Assembly: GCA_048498835.1 (NCBI GenBank)
Contig: JBEHXF010000019.1
Coordinates: 1-33,577 of the forward strand
Length of the DNA: 33,577 bases
Direction: 5' to 3'
DNA from: Chlamydiota bacterium
Lineage (GTDB): Bacteria > Chlamydiota > Chlamydiia > Chlamydiales > SM23-39
The position numbers were made by a program, and so were the translations under genes. Shown piece by piece: positions 1-8,203 of this stretch. Each line of letters starts with the position of its first letter. Position 1 is the first letter of the stretch. The notes under the pieces were generated by a model. It did not search any database, had not been told where the DNA came from, and worked only from the letters and a program-made list of their open reading frames with translations.

Positions 1-2
1 GT

Positions 3-1841
3 ACGCTGCGCCGTGGCGACGATGCTGTCGGTGGCGGCAAAAGCCTGCTCGCGCTCAAACAACACAAAGAAGCCGCTCTAGAGCTCAATGCCTTCCTTCA
101 AGCCGCAGCGCCCACCGACTCGACCCGCCCCGCTCTTCTCCACCTCATGGAAGCCGCCTATCAGTCAAGCGATCTAGAAATGCTCGACCAGGCCATCGCT
201 CGCCTTCGCGCTATCGATGAAAATGACCTCGAACTCGCAAAAGCTCTTTTCAGCCGCGCGCAACTGTTGAAAAAAGAGCAAAATGCACTCGTCGCCCAAG
301 CTCAACTCGAATCGCTCCTCGCCGCTTTTCCCCAGTTCCCCGAGCGACCCCAAGCCACCTTTGAACTCGCTCACCTCGCCTCGTCAGCGAAAAACTGGCC
401 CCTCTGCCGTACCGGCTCCCTCTCTTTCGTTCAGGAATTTCCCGATCATGAACTCGCCCCTTTTGCCTGGCGCTACCTCGCCGCCGCATCTGCTGAATGC
501 GCCGCGGCCGAACAACTTCCAGAAAAAGCGAAACGAGAGCAGCTCATCCGCGATCTACAGCTTCTCACCACTCAAGCAACCTGCATTCCTGTCGCAGAAC
601 AATCCGACTGGGCCTTTCTCTTAGCAAAAACACACTACGAAATACACCAATTTGCCGAAGCGATTCAAATCTTAGAACCCCTCGTTCTCCAAACCTTTCA
701 TCAAAAGGGCAACGCTGAACTCCTACTGGGTCTTTGCTATCGAGACGGCTCAAAAAATGAAGCAAAATTTGAAGAATGGGCCACACAAGCTCTCCAGGAT
801 GGGCAAACCCTGCTTCCTCCTGCACAGCTACACATTTCACTCTTCAATTCTTATCTTTCTCGCTCCGAAATCGATGCGGCGGCAAAACATCTTCAAGCAG
901 CTTTTGAAGCAAAAGCCGAGATTCAACTCCCGAATTTAGTCTGGCTTGCCGATTATGCCTACGGTCGCTTCGAACGAGAGCCAGCTTATGCGCAAACAGC
1001 AACACAACTAATCGCCCAATTCATCGAACGAAACGGTCTCAATCCCCATTCACTCCAAGCCGACACGCTCTATCTCGAACCGCTTTTCCTCAAACTCGCT
1101 AAACTCCACCACCATCTCCATCAACACCTACAAGCAACGGAATTGCTCGAAGCGCTTGCAGCTCAATATAGCGCGCAGCCATCGCTCGCTTGGACTGGCG
1201 AAAAAGAGGCAAAACTACTTCTGGCCGAATCTTATCTTGTTCAAGGCTCGGTTGAAAAAGCGCAAAAACTCTTCGAAGAAGTAGCTGCAACAAGCCCCAC
1301 AAAGCGCAACCGAATTGCCGCCTCCGCCTCGCTGCAAAGCGCCCGCATCAAATTGACAAAATTGCTGAAAGAAAATCCGCTTCCGAATCCGACCGACATT
1401 GCTCCGATTGCGGCGCAACTCAAAGATCTCGTCATCCAAAAAACGCTCGAGAGCGAACCGCTTCATCTCGAAGCTGCCCTCGATTACATCGATCTGCAAA
1501 CTCTATTCGAAAACGACGCTCAAAAACGACTTGCTTTAATCAACAAGACAAAACAAGAATTTGAGCTGCAAGAGGATCTCTTGGCAAAAGACTATCACGC
1601 AGCGCGCGCAAAACTCTCGGACAAAAACAAGCTCTACCTTGCCTACATGCAATTTTTCGATGCCGAAGCCTATCTTGCCGAAGCGCGCACTTGTACTGAC
1701 GTGGAAAAACAAAAAGAGTTGCAAGCAAAAGCAAAAGATCTTTTGCTACAACTTGAGAGCAGCCAGCTACAAGCGCCCGTCGCCGGACGCGTGCAGCAAC
1801 GCTTGCAAAGCTTAAAGAGTCTGAATGAACCAGCCGCTTGA
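3..1841 (+). CDS. TPR-repeat (alpha-solenoid) protein, 5'-truncated by the window edge
   Basis: The frame of ORF 147..1841 stays open back to position 3 (TLRRGDD...LLHLM). Ala/Leu-rich helical repeats with TPR-like patterns (FLLAKTHYEIHQFAEAIQILE, LLLAESYLVQGSVEKAQKLFEE). Confidence 0.75.
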   Translation, partial: TLRRGDDAVGGGKSLLALKQHKEAALELNAFLQAAAPTDSTRPALLHLMEAAYQSSDLEMLDQAIARLRAIDENDLELAKALFSRAQLLKKEQNALVAQAQLESLLAAFPQFPERPQATFELAHLASSAKNWPLCRTGSLSFVQEFPDHELAPFAWRYLAAASAECAAAEQLPEKAKREQLIRDLQLLTTQATCIPVAEQSDWAFLLAKTHYEIHQFAEAIQILEPLVLQTFHQKGNAELLLGLCYRDGSKNEAKFEEWATQALQDGQTLLPPAQLHISLFNSYLSRSEIDAAAKHLQAAFEAKAEIQLPNLVWLADYAYGRFEREPAYAQTATQLIAQFIERNGLNPHSLQADTLYLEPLFLKLAKLHHHLHQHLQATELLEALAAQYSAQPSLAWTGEKEAKLLLAESYLVQGSVEKAQKLFEEVAATSPTKRNRIAASASLQSARIKLTKLLKENPLPNPTDIAPIAAQLKDLVIQKTLESEPLHLEAALDYIDLQTLFENDAQKRLALINKTKQEFELQEDLLAKDYHAARAKLSDKNKLYLAYMQFFDAEAYLAEARTCTDVEKQKELQAKAKDLLLQLESSQLQAPVAGRVQQRLQSLKSLNEPAA

Positions 1842-3549
1842 AAAAAAGCGCAATCATCTTCTCACTGGGTGCATCGTCGTATCGATTGCGCTCCATGCTG
1901 GATTTGTGGCCTTTCTCCAAACTCATTCTCTCTGGTTTTGCTCTCCTCTTGCTCCCCATGCGCAAGCCAATACCTGGGCGCAGGCGCTCGAAAAGAAAGC
2001 GCGCGATCAAGTCTTAGAAGAGACCTTTGAACACTCCGAGTTAGCGCTCCACGCAACTTCCGCGCCGAAACCTCAGCTAGAACCAGAAGGGCTAGCCTCC
2101 CTTCCCGCTCACATCCAAACTCCAGAAGCGCCTGCCCCGACTCACACCCTTCTTCCCTTTCCTATCGATAATCTCCTCGCTTCCAATACCGATCTGTTTC
2201 AAAGTCGCTCCTTCTCCCTTCCTCCTGTTGAAACCATCGACCTCTTTTCAGATCTACCCAAAGATCTCATTTTACTGCCGCCACCTAAATCGACCCCAGG
2301 CGCCTCTCTCCTCCCACAAACAGAAGTATCTTCGATTGAACAACTCACTACGCAAGAGATGACGCTTCCCGTAGCTCCTTCTTTGTCGATCGCTTTTTCA
2401 GAGCCCCTTTCAAATCCAGCTCCCCTCGATCCTGAAGAATCGCTCGGTCGCGCCCTCCCTAAAATCGGCGTTCCCAATCTCCCACGCCTTCCAACCTTAG
2501 CTGAACTCGAAACGACAAATCTCTCTAACGCCTTCGAATCTGAGCTCGTTTTTCTTCCACGCGACGATGGCCCTGGCTATATCTTTGCCCTCACGCTCAT
2601 TCCTCGCTCTGATCTAAAACTGCCTAAGATGCGCCAGCATCTCACTTTCCTCATCGACCGTTCCAATTCGGTACAAAAAGACCGACTCCAATCTTCCAAA
2701 CAAGCGGTCCACAAAGCTTTAGAAGAGCTCGATACGGACGACACCTTCAACATCATCGTCTTCGACAGCAAAGTAGAAAAACTCTTCTCATCCCTCACTC
2801 CCGCAAACACCGATTCGCTAGCGAAAGCAGGAACCTTTCTCGATCAAATTCAACTCGGCAGTTTCTTCTCTCCAGCTGATCCTTATCGCCCGCTCCTCCT
2901 CACAGTCCCAGGCTACGTGCGCGATGACGAACTCTACACCGCCATCCTCATCACAGATGGTGAAAGCCTCGCAAAAAAACCGACGCAGCGCTCACTCCTA
3001 CAACACTGGACACAGCAAAACAATGGACGTGTCGCACTCTATACCATCGCCATGGGAAGCGACCACCACTTAGCCACCCTCGACGCCGCCTCCGTCTTCA
3101 ATAAAGGACGCCTTGTCTATGCCACAACGAATCGAGGCCTGAGACGCAAACTCCTCAAACTGATGAAAACAATCCGCACTCCTGTCGCAAAAAATATGTC
3201 GATTCACGCCATTTCGCGTAGCCCAACCGGAAAAATAGAACTCTATCCCAAATCAACTCATTCCCCACACCTGTTCCTTGATCATCCCTACGTCATCATC
3301 GGCGTTACTGAAACGCTCGACGATTTTATTCTCTTTGTGCAAGGGAAACTCAAAGATCAGTGGCTCAACATCAAAAAGCCGATTTCGTTCCTCAACGCAA
3401 AGCGGGGCGGACAAATGTTGAAAGCGGAGTGGGCTCTGCAAAAAGCCTACAGCCAATACGAACAATATGTAATCGACGACGATCCAAAACATTTAGCGGA
3501 AGCCCGCTCGATTCTCGAACCCTTCGATCTACAGGCAGCTTTCGAATGA
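1825..3549 (+). CDS. Membrane-anchored von Willebrand factor A (vWA) domain protein with Pro-rich linker
   Basis: N-terminal TM helix (LLTGCIVVSIALHAGFVAFL), Pro-rich spacer, MIDAS motif FLIDRSNS, later ILITDG. Overlaps the TPR gene by 17 nt. Confidence 0.85.
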   Translation: MNQPLEKKRNHLLTGCIVVSIALHAGFVAFLQTHSLWFCSPLAPHAQANTWAQALEKKARDQVLEETFEHSELALHATSAPKPQLEPEGLASLPAHIQTPEAPAPTHTLLPFPIDNLLASNTDLFQSRSFSLPPVETIDLFSDLPKDLILLPPPKSTPGASLLPQTEVSSIEQLTTQEMTLPVAPSLSIAFSEPLSNPAPLDPEESLGRALPKIGVPNLPRLPTLAELETTNLSNAFESELVFLPRDDGPGYIFALTLIPRSDLKLPKMRQHLTFLIDRSNSVQKDRLQSSKQAVHKALEELDTDDTFNIIVFDSKVEKLFSSLTPANTDSLAKAGTFLDQIQLGSFFSPADPYRPLLLTVPGYVRDDELYTAILITDGESLAKKPTQRSLLQHWTQQNNGRVALYTIAMGSDHHLATLDAASVFNKGRLVYATTNRGLRRKLLKLMKTIRTPVAKNMSIHAISRSPTGKIELYPKSTHSPHLFLDHPYVIIGVTETLDDFILFVQGKLKDQWLNIKKPISFLNAKRGGQMLKAEWALQKAYSQYEQYVIDDDPKHLAEARSILEPFDLQAAFE

Positions 3550-4100
3550 GTCTACGCATTGTCGGCGGTCAATTTCGGGGCCGCACCCTAAAAAGTCCCA
3601 AAGGGGACCAAACTCGTCCCACAACCTCGATGGCGCGAGAAGCTGTCTTTAATATCTGCCAAGAATGGGTTCCCGGCGCGCGTTTTCTCGATCTCTTTGC
3701 CGGCAGCGGCGCTATGGGGCTTGAAGCGATCAGTCGAGGCGCAAGCTTTGCAACTTTCATCGAAAAAAATAAACACGCTGCCCAATGCATCCGAGAAAAT
3801 GCTGAACTGCTCCAAATCCAAGAACAAACGCAAATTCTCGCAATCGATGCCGCGCTCGCCCTTCCAAAACTGCTCAGCCCTTACGATCTCATCTACATCG
3901 ATCCACCTTACGAAAAAGAGACCGCTCACCTACTCGAAACCATCGCGTCCCTAAAACTTCTCGCCCCGCGCGGCCTCCTCTTCCTTGAAGAGCGTTACAA
4001 TCCAAAAGCAAAGCCTCCCATCCCACCGTCCTTTGAACTCATTCAAAGTCGCCGCTACGGCATTGCCCACCTTCACCAATACCGATGGTCTCTTCTATGA
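3546..4100 (+). CDS. rsmD: 16S rRNA m2G966 methyltransferase RsmD
   Basis: MSLRIVGGQFRGRTL, TRPT, LDLFAGSGAMGLEAISRGA, DPPY. Start re-set to ATG 3546, an ATGA overlap with the vWA stop. Confidence 0.95.
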   Translation: MSLRIVGGQFRGRTLKSPKGDQTRPTTSMAREAVFNICQEWVPGARFLDLFAGSGAMGLEAISRGASFATFIEKNKHAAQCIRENAELLQIQEQTQILAIDAALALPKLLSPYDLIYIDPPYEKETAHLLETIASLKLLAPRGLLFLEERYNPKAKPPIPPSFELIQSRRYGIAHLHQYRWSLL

Positions 4101-4591
4101 AAATAGCCCTCTTTGCCGGATCATTTGATCCACCCTCACTCGGTCATCTCGACATCATCCAGCAAGCCTCTCGTCTCTTCGATCGAGTCATCGTCGCCGT
4201 CGCATACAACCACAACAAAATCGGCCGCAATCTCTTCACTTCAGAAGAAAGGCTCCAACTACTTCGCCTCATCACCCGCAATCTCACCAACCTTGAAATC
4301 GCCTCTTTCTCCGGCCTCATCGTCGATTTTGCTCACGAGAAAAAAGCCACCTGCCTAATCCGCGGCATCCGAACAACTTCCCATCTCGAACATGAGTTCC
4401 AAATGGCTCTCGCCAACCGAAAGATGGGCTCGCTAGAAACCCTTTTTCTCCTGGGAGATGATCAACACACCCATATCTCCTCCACTCTCATCCGCGAAAT
4501 TGCGCACGCAAATGGTCCCCTAAAGCAGTTCGTTCCTGCAGAAATTGAATTAGCGATACGCGAGAAGATTAAAAATCGATCTCTGAATTAG
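4097..4591 (+). CDS. coaD: Phosphopantetheine adenylyltransferase
   Basis: MKIALFAGSFDPPSLGHLDII, IRGIR, ISSTLIREIA. Start at 4097, an ATGA overlap with rsmD; rsmD-coaD is a common pair. Confidence 0.95.
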   Translation: MKIALFAGSFDPPSLGHLDIIQQASRLFDRVIVAVAYNHNKIGRNLFTSEERLQLLRLITRNLTNLEIASFSGLIVDFAHEKKATCLIRGIRTTSHLEHEFQMALANRKMGSLETLFLLGDDQHTHISSTLIREIAHANGPLKQFVPAEIELAIREKIKNRSLN

Positions 4592-4614
4592 CTTCTGAAA
4601 ACTGTCCTATTTTA

Positions 4615-5010
4615 TCAATTCGCTTTAATCCACTTCTGAATAGGTTTATTTATTCTAATCATTAAAATTGCATGCAAAACACTAATTGACAAAGCCCAGG
4701 CCAATGAAATCGATCCATTTTTAACGAACAAATAAACATATTTCCAAACAGTTAGTGTGATAGCCCATTCTGTGATCAGCCATATGACTCTTCGAAGAAT
4801 CTGACTTCGATCGATCTCCTTTCCCAATAACCTGCGCAAAAAGAAATCTAATAATTCATATCCAATGATTGCTACTACAATCAAAAAGAATACAAATAGA
4901 AGGAAATTCTCATATAGCATTTCTAGATAAGCTATTTTTAACCCACCGCAAAACAGAGCTATTGCATAGATAATCTTAAGTAGATAAGTCATCATCTCTT
5001 TCATGCGCAT
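4615..5010 (-). CDS. Hypothetical AT-rich integral membrane protein (about 4 TM helices)
   Basis: 131-aa ORF with four hydrophobic segments. Promoter-like TTGTCT-17-TATTGT upstream. Confidence 0.6.
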   Translation of the reverse strand: MRMKEMMTYLLKIIYAIALFCGGLKIAYLEMLYENFLLFVFFLIVVAIIGYELLDFFLRRLLGKEIDRSQILRRVIWLITEWAITLTVWKYVYLFVKNGSISLAWALSISVLHAILMIRINKPIQKWIKAN

Positions 5011-5055
5011 TCCTAAAATTTCCAGATAGGTGGCTTAGTTTCTAAAAAGGATGAG

Positions 5056-5084
5056 ACAATAAAAACAGGAGAAAAAAAAGACAA
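5056..5084 (-). promoter_or_regulatory. Putative sigma70/sigma66-type promoter for 4615..5010
   Basis: Minus strand reads TTGTCT-N17-TATTGT. Confidence 0.45.
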
Positions 5085-5106
5085 TAGATTTCGAAGATAA
5101 TCAAAT

Positions 5107-5130
5107 CCGAGCGGGAAGACTCCCGCTCGG
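5107..5130 (-). terminator. Hairpin terminator after the small peptide gene
   Basis: Perfect 10-bp stem CCGAGCGGGA-agac-TCCCGCTCGG, 13 nt past the peptide stop. AT-rich tail on the minus strand (ATTTGATT). Confidence 0.7.
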
Positions 5131-5143
5131 TAAAGTCAGTAGA

Positions 5144-5254
5144 CTATTTGCCTGGACCTTTTTTTGGCTGAGGAGCTGGAGCTTGTGGCTTCTTCTGCTC
5201 AGGAGCTTTGTTAGGTGCTGCTGGTTGTGGTTTTGCAGGTTGTTTCATATTCAT
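5144..5254 (-). CDS. Small basic Pro/Lys/Gln/Ala-rich peptide (36 aa): MNMKQPAKPQPAAPNKAPEQKKPQAPAPQPKKGPGK
   Basis: Hand-translated. AGGAG RBS 8 nt upstream of the ATG, strongly biased codons (CCA/CCT/GCT/AAA), downstream terminator hairpin. Below the ORF-track size cut-off. Confidence 0.7.
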   Translation of the reverse strand: MNMKQPAKPQPAAPNKAPEQKKPQAPAPQPKKGPGK

Positions 5255-5347
5255 AATTCATTCTCCTAGTTGGAAACGATTCGTGTTCGAATCGCAAGAC
5301 CAACTTTACGCCTTTTTCGAAAAAAGAAAAGTGATTTTTAGAAAATC

Positions 5348-5382
5348 CGGCGCAAGCAACTCATAACAAATTACTTGCGCCG
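5348..5382 (-). terminator. Hairpin terminator after the MORN-repeat gene
   Basis: CGGCGCAAG...CTTGCGCCG inverted repeat 9 nt past the stop at 5392, followed by GATTTTCT on the minus strand. Confidence 0.6.
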
Positions 5383-5391
5383 AAACAAAAA

Positions 5392-8010
5392 TTAGCGGAC
5401 AGGACGTCCTAACTCATAATGAGAAACGGTAAACTGACCATCTTTATCGTATTTCTTTTTCTCTCCGTGAGGAACATCTTGAGAGAATGTTTGCACGAGA
5501 AGAGGACTGCCATCATCGTAGAATTTCATGAACTTGCCATTGCGCAAACCATTTTGGTATTCCGCTTCAAAAACCAAAATACCTTGCTCATTCCAGCTCT
5601 GTGCTACGCCGTTTAACTGATCATTCGTATAAGGATAAGCCGAGGCGAGCGTCCCATCAAAGTGATAGGTCTTCTCTACCCCTTCTTTTTTATCGTTTAC
5701 GAATTGCGTTTCACGATAGATGGCACCGTTTGGGAAATACTGAATTGCAAGGCCGTTTTTGAGGTTATCTTTAAACTCAATTGCCGCAGTCAGTTTTCCT
5801 TTTTCGTCGTAGAGTTTCGCCAAACCATTCTTCACATTATCGACGTAGATCGATTCAGCGATTTTTTCCCCTTTTTCAGAATACTCCGTAACCATTCCTT
5901 GAACCACGTCTTTGGAATAGGGAACCTCTAAAACTTTGACCTTTTCACCCTTTTCATTGGCTGGCATGAAAACCTGATGAAGGCCGTCTTTTAAATTATT
6001 TCGATAGTGAAATACTAGTTCTCGACCATCTTCAGCTTTTTGAAAATGGCGTCCATCCAATTTCCCATACAGATAATTGGCTTCTTCTACCAATTGCCCT
6101 TCCGGATTGAACAATTGTTTCGCTCCGTGTATTAGGCCATGATCATAATGGACAACTGCCTGCAAAACGCCATTGGGATACATGGTTTTGACTTCACCAT
6201 GAAGCTTCCCATCTTGATCATAATGGAAAAGACGAGCCAGACGTTCTGCATCTTTTTGTAACGGATTTGATTTAGGATAGTATTCGCGATGTTCATCGAC
6301 CGGTTTGCCACCTTCGAATCGTTGCTTTGTTTGAATCGAACCGTCCGGATACCAAGCCAGAAGATCGCCTACACTTAAATCCTCATGGTAGTGAGCCACC
6401 CTTTCGAGTTGTCCATTTTCATAGAACCACTCGTGTTTACCCTCTTTCTTACCATTGACATAAGGAAGTTTGGTTTTGAGCTGATCTTTATTCCACCAAG
6501 ATAGCACAGTACCGACAAGACCATCTTTTTCATAGCGAGCTTCAAAGGCCAGATTTCCCTGATCATTCCATTCTCTCTGCCAACCTTCGCGCACGCCTGC
6601 GATGAATTCATTGCGATTTTTTAGCTGTCCATTCTCATACCACTCAGACTGAACCCCATCTGGTTTGTCAGCTTGGAAATAAGAATCTAACCTGCAATTT
6701 CCATTCGCGTACCACTCAGCCAGTGGCCCATCTTTTAACCCTTCGCAGAATTGAATTTTCTTCGCGAGCACCCCATTTTCGTGCCACTCTTCGTGCAATC
6801 CATCTCGTTTTTGATTTTTAAAATGGGAGCGAACTTTGATTTGCCCGGAAGGATAATATTCTTTCTGATCGCCATCGAATTCCCCTTTCGCATAATTGCA
6901 TTCCGATTTGATCTGCCCATCGGAATACCACTCGGTGCAAAGTCCATCCAATTTATCGTCAGACAATCGATACTCGCGAATCTTTTGTCCTTCTTCATTG
7001 TATTCGACGATCGGTTCTACAAGGTTGCCATTTGAATCATACTCAGCGAGGAAAGCGGTAGCCCCATTTGCATGCTCTCGCCACTGCTTACCAATCGGTT
7101 TTCCTTCAGAAAAGAAGCCTTCGCCAACTACCGATCCATCTTCATCAAAAAACAGCTCTTTTCCCTCTTTTAGACCGCCTCTAAATTGAGCGTGGTAGGC
7201 CTCCTTCCCATTTTGATGGTAACGGGTGTGCGTACCAACTGGAATGCCATCTCTAAAGTCAACTGCTTCGCGTAAGTGCTTTTGCTCGTCGTAAACCAAC
7301 ACAGCAGGGTTTTTCCCATCGCCATGTAGTTTCCCCTCGCGCAATCTACGCTGCGCTTTCAAGGCGCCCGACGGATACCATTCTTGGGATAACCCTTCCG
7401 CTAACCCATTTTTATAAGCGATATGAACAAGCTTCTGACCTGACTCAGCATATTGAAAAAAATCCCCTTCTAAAAGGCCAGCTACATAAGTAGCTTCTTC
7501 TTTCAAAGCTCCTTGCTCATAAAAAGCCTGGGCCTTGCCATGGAGCTTCCCTTTCGAAAAATGTTGGGTCAACAACACGTTGCCGTTGGGGTGGAAAAGG
7601 CGGCATTCGCCCTCCAAAACACCCATTTGGTAGGTGGACGCTTTGACAAGCTTTCCCTCTCCATTAAATTCTACGCATGCGCCATGCGGCACGAGAGTCG
7701 ACTGCCATTCTTTGGCCATTTCGGACCCCTCTTCTACCATCGCCACATCAACTTCGCGAGCAATCCGATTGTTTTCGTGAAAAATCACCTGTTTTACAGG
7801 CGTCTCACTTCCATCGGGCTGGGGTTGATAGAAAACAATGACCTGCGGCGATCCGTTTGGGAAGGCGCGCATAATCTCAGGGCGCCAATTCGGTTCACGA
7901 GGTTTTAAAGAGATAACCAGTGAAGGAAGTGTTTGACGAGGCGCTTCAGCCTGATCAGCCACTGCCATGCAAGCAATAGTAAGAGCGAGAATTGTTAATG
8001 TTTTTTTCAT
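5392..8010 (-). CDS. Secreted MORN-variant (YwqK-like) repeat protein, 872 aa
   Basis: Signal peptide MKKTLTILALTIACMAVA, then many ~24-aa repeats of the type G-x3-EWY-x-NG-x-L-x5-(F/Y)-x2-G-x2-(D/E/H)G. Confidence 0.9.
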   Translation of the reverse strand: MKKTLTILALTIACMAVADQAEAPRQTLPSLVISLKPREPNWRPEIMRAFPNGSPQVIVFYQPQPDGSETPVKQVIFHENNRIAREVDVAMVEEGSEMAKEWQSTLVPHGACVEFNGEGKLVKASTYQMGVLEGECRLFHPNGNVLLTQHFSKGKLHGKAQAFYEQGALKEEATYVAGLLEGDFFQYAESGQKLVHIAYKNGLAEGLSQEWYPSGALKAQRRLREGKLHGDGKNPAVLVYDEQKHLREAVDFRDGIPVGTHTRYHQNGKEAYHAQFRGGLKEGKELFFDEDGSVVGEGFFSEGKPIGKQWREHANGATAFLAEYDSNGNLVEPIVEYNEEGQKIREYRLSDDKLDGLCTEWYSDGQIKSECNYAKGEFDGDQKEYYPSGQIKVRSHFKNQKRDGLHEEWHENGVLAKKIQFCEGLKDGPLAEWYANGNCRLDSYFQADKPDGVQSEWYENGQLKNRNEFIAGVREGWQREWNDQGNLAFEARYEKDGLVGTVLSWWNKDQLKTKLPYVNGKKEGKHEWFYENGQLERVAHYHEDLSVGDLLAWYPDGSIQTKQRFEGGKPVDEHREYYPKSNPLQKDAERLARLFHYDQDGKLHGEVKTMYPNGVLQAVVHYDHGLIHGAKQLFNPEGQLVEEANYLYGKLDGRHFQKAEDGRELVFHYRNNLKDGLHQVFMPANEKGEKVKVLEVPYSKDVVQGMVTEYSEKGEKIAESIYVDNVKNGLAKLYDEKGKLTAAIEFKDNLKNGLAIQYFPNGAIYRETQFVNDKKEGVEKTYHFDGTLASAYPYTNDQLNGVAQSWNEQGILVFEAEYQNGLRNGKFMKFYDDGSPLLVQTFSQDVPHGEKKKYDKDGQFTVSHYELGRPVR

Positions 8011-8044
8011 AGGAACATCACACGTTCAAGGTTTCAGTGCCCTA

Positions 8045-8074
8045 ACTGTAGTGGATGGCCCCAATATAAGACAA
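8045..8074 (-). promoter_or_regulatory. Putative promoter of the MORN-repeat gene
   Basis: Minus strand reads TTGTCT-N18-TACAGT. Confidence 0.35.
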
Positions 8075-8136
8075 GGATCGATCCAACTTAAATTTTGGCG
8101 AAAAGTGGACAAAATTTCTCATAAATAACAATTATT

Positions 8137-8165
8137 TTGCCCAATAAAGAGACTCGGCGTATGGT
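8137..8165 (+). promoter_or_regulatory. Putative promoter of putP
   Basis: TTGCCC-N17-TATGGT, with a GAGGT RBS before ATG 8204. Confidence 0.5.
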
Positions 8166-8203
8166 CTTATTCCGTCTTTATTCTGTTTTATGTGAGGTTA
8201 TAA

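Noticed and set aside
1..40. G-rich first ~40 nt, unlike the C-rich gene that follows
   Set aside because: The frame stays open and the segment is too short to judge; it could be a contig-end artefact.
3360..3545. N-terminal 62-aa extension of the rsmD ORF
   Set aside because: It lies inside the vWA gene; the RsmD motif starts at ATG 3546 with a standard ATGA overlap.
5101..5390. Cluster of three hairpins as a possible ncRNA, riboswitch or CRISPR-like array
   Set aside because: The hairpins share no sequence and are explained as two terminators plus a 5' leader hairpin around the small ORF. There is no repeat-spacer periodicity and no cas gene.
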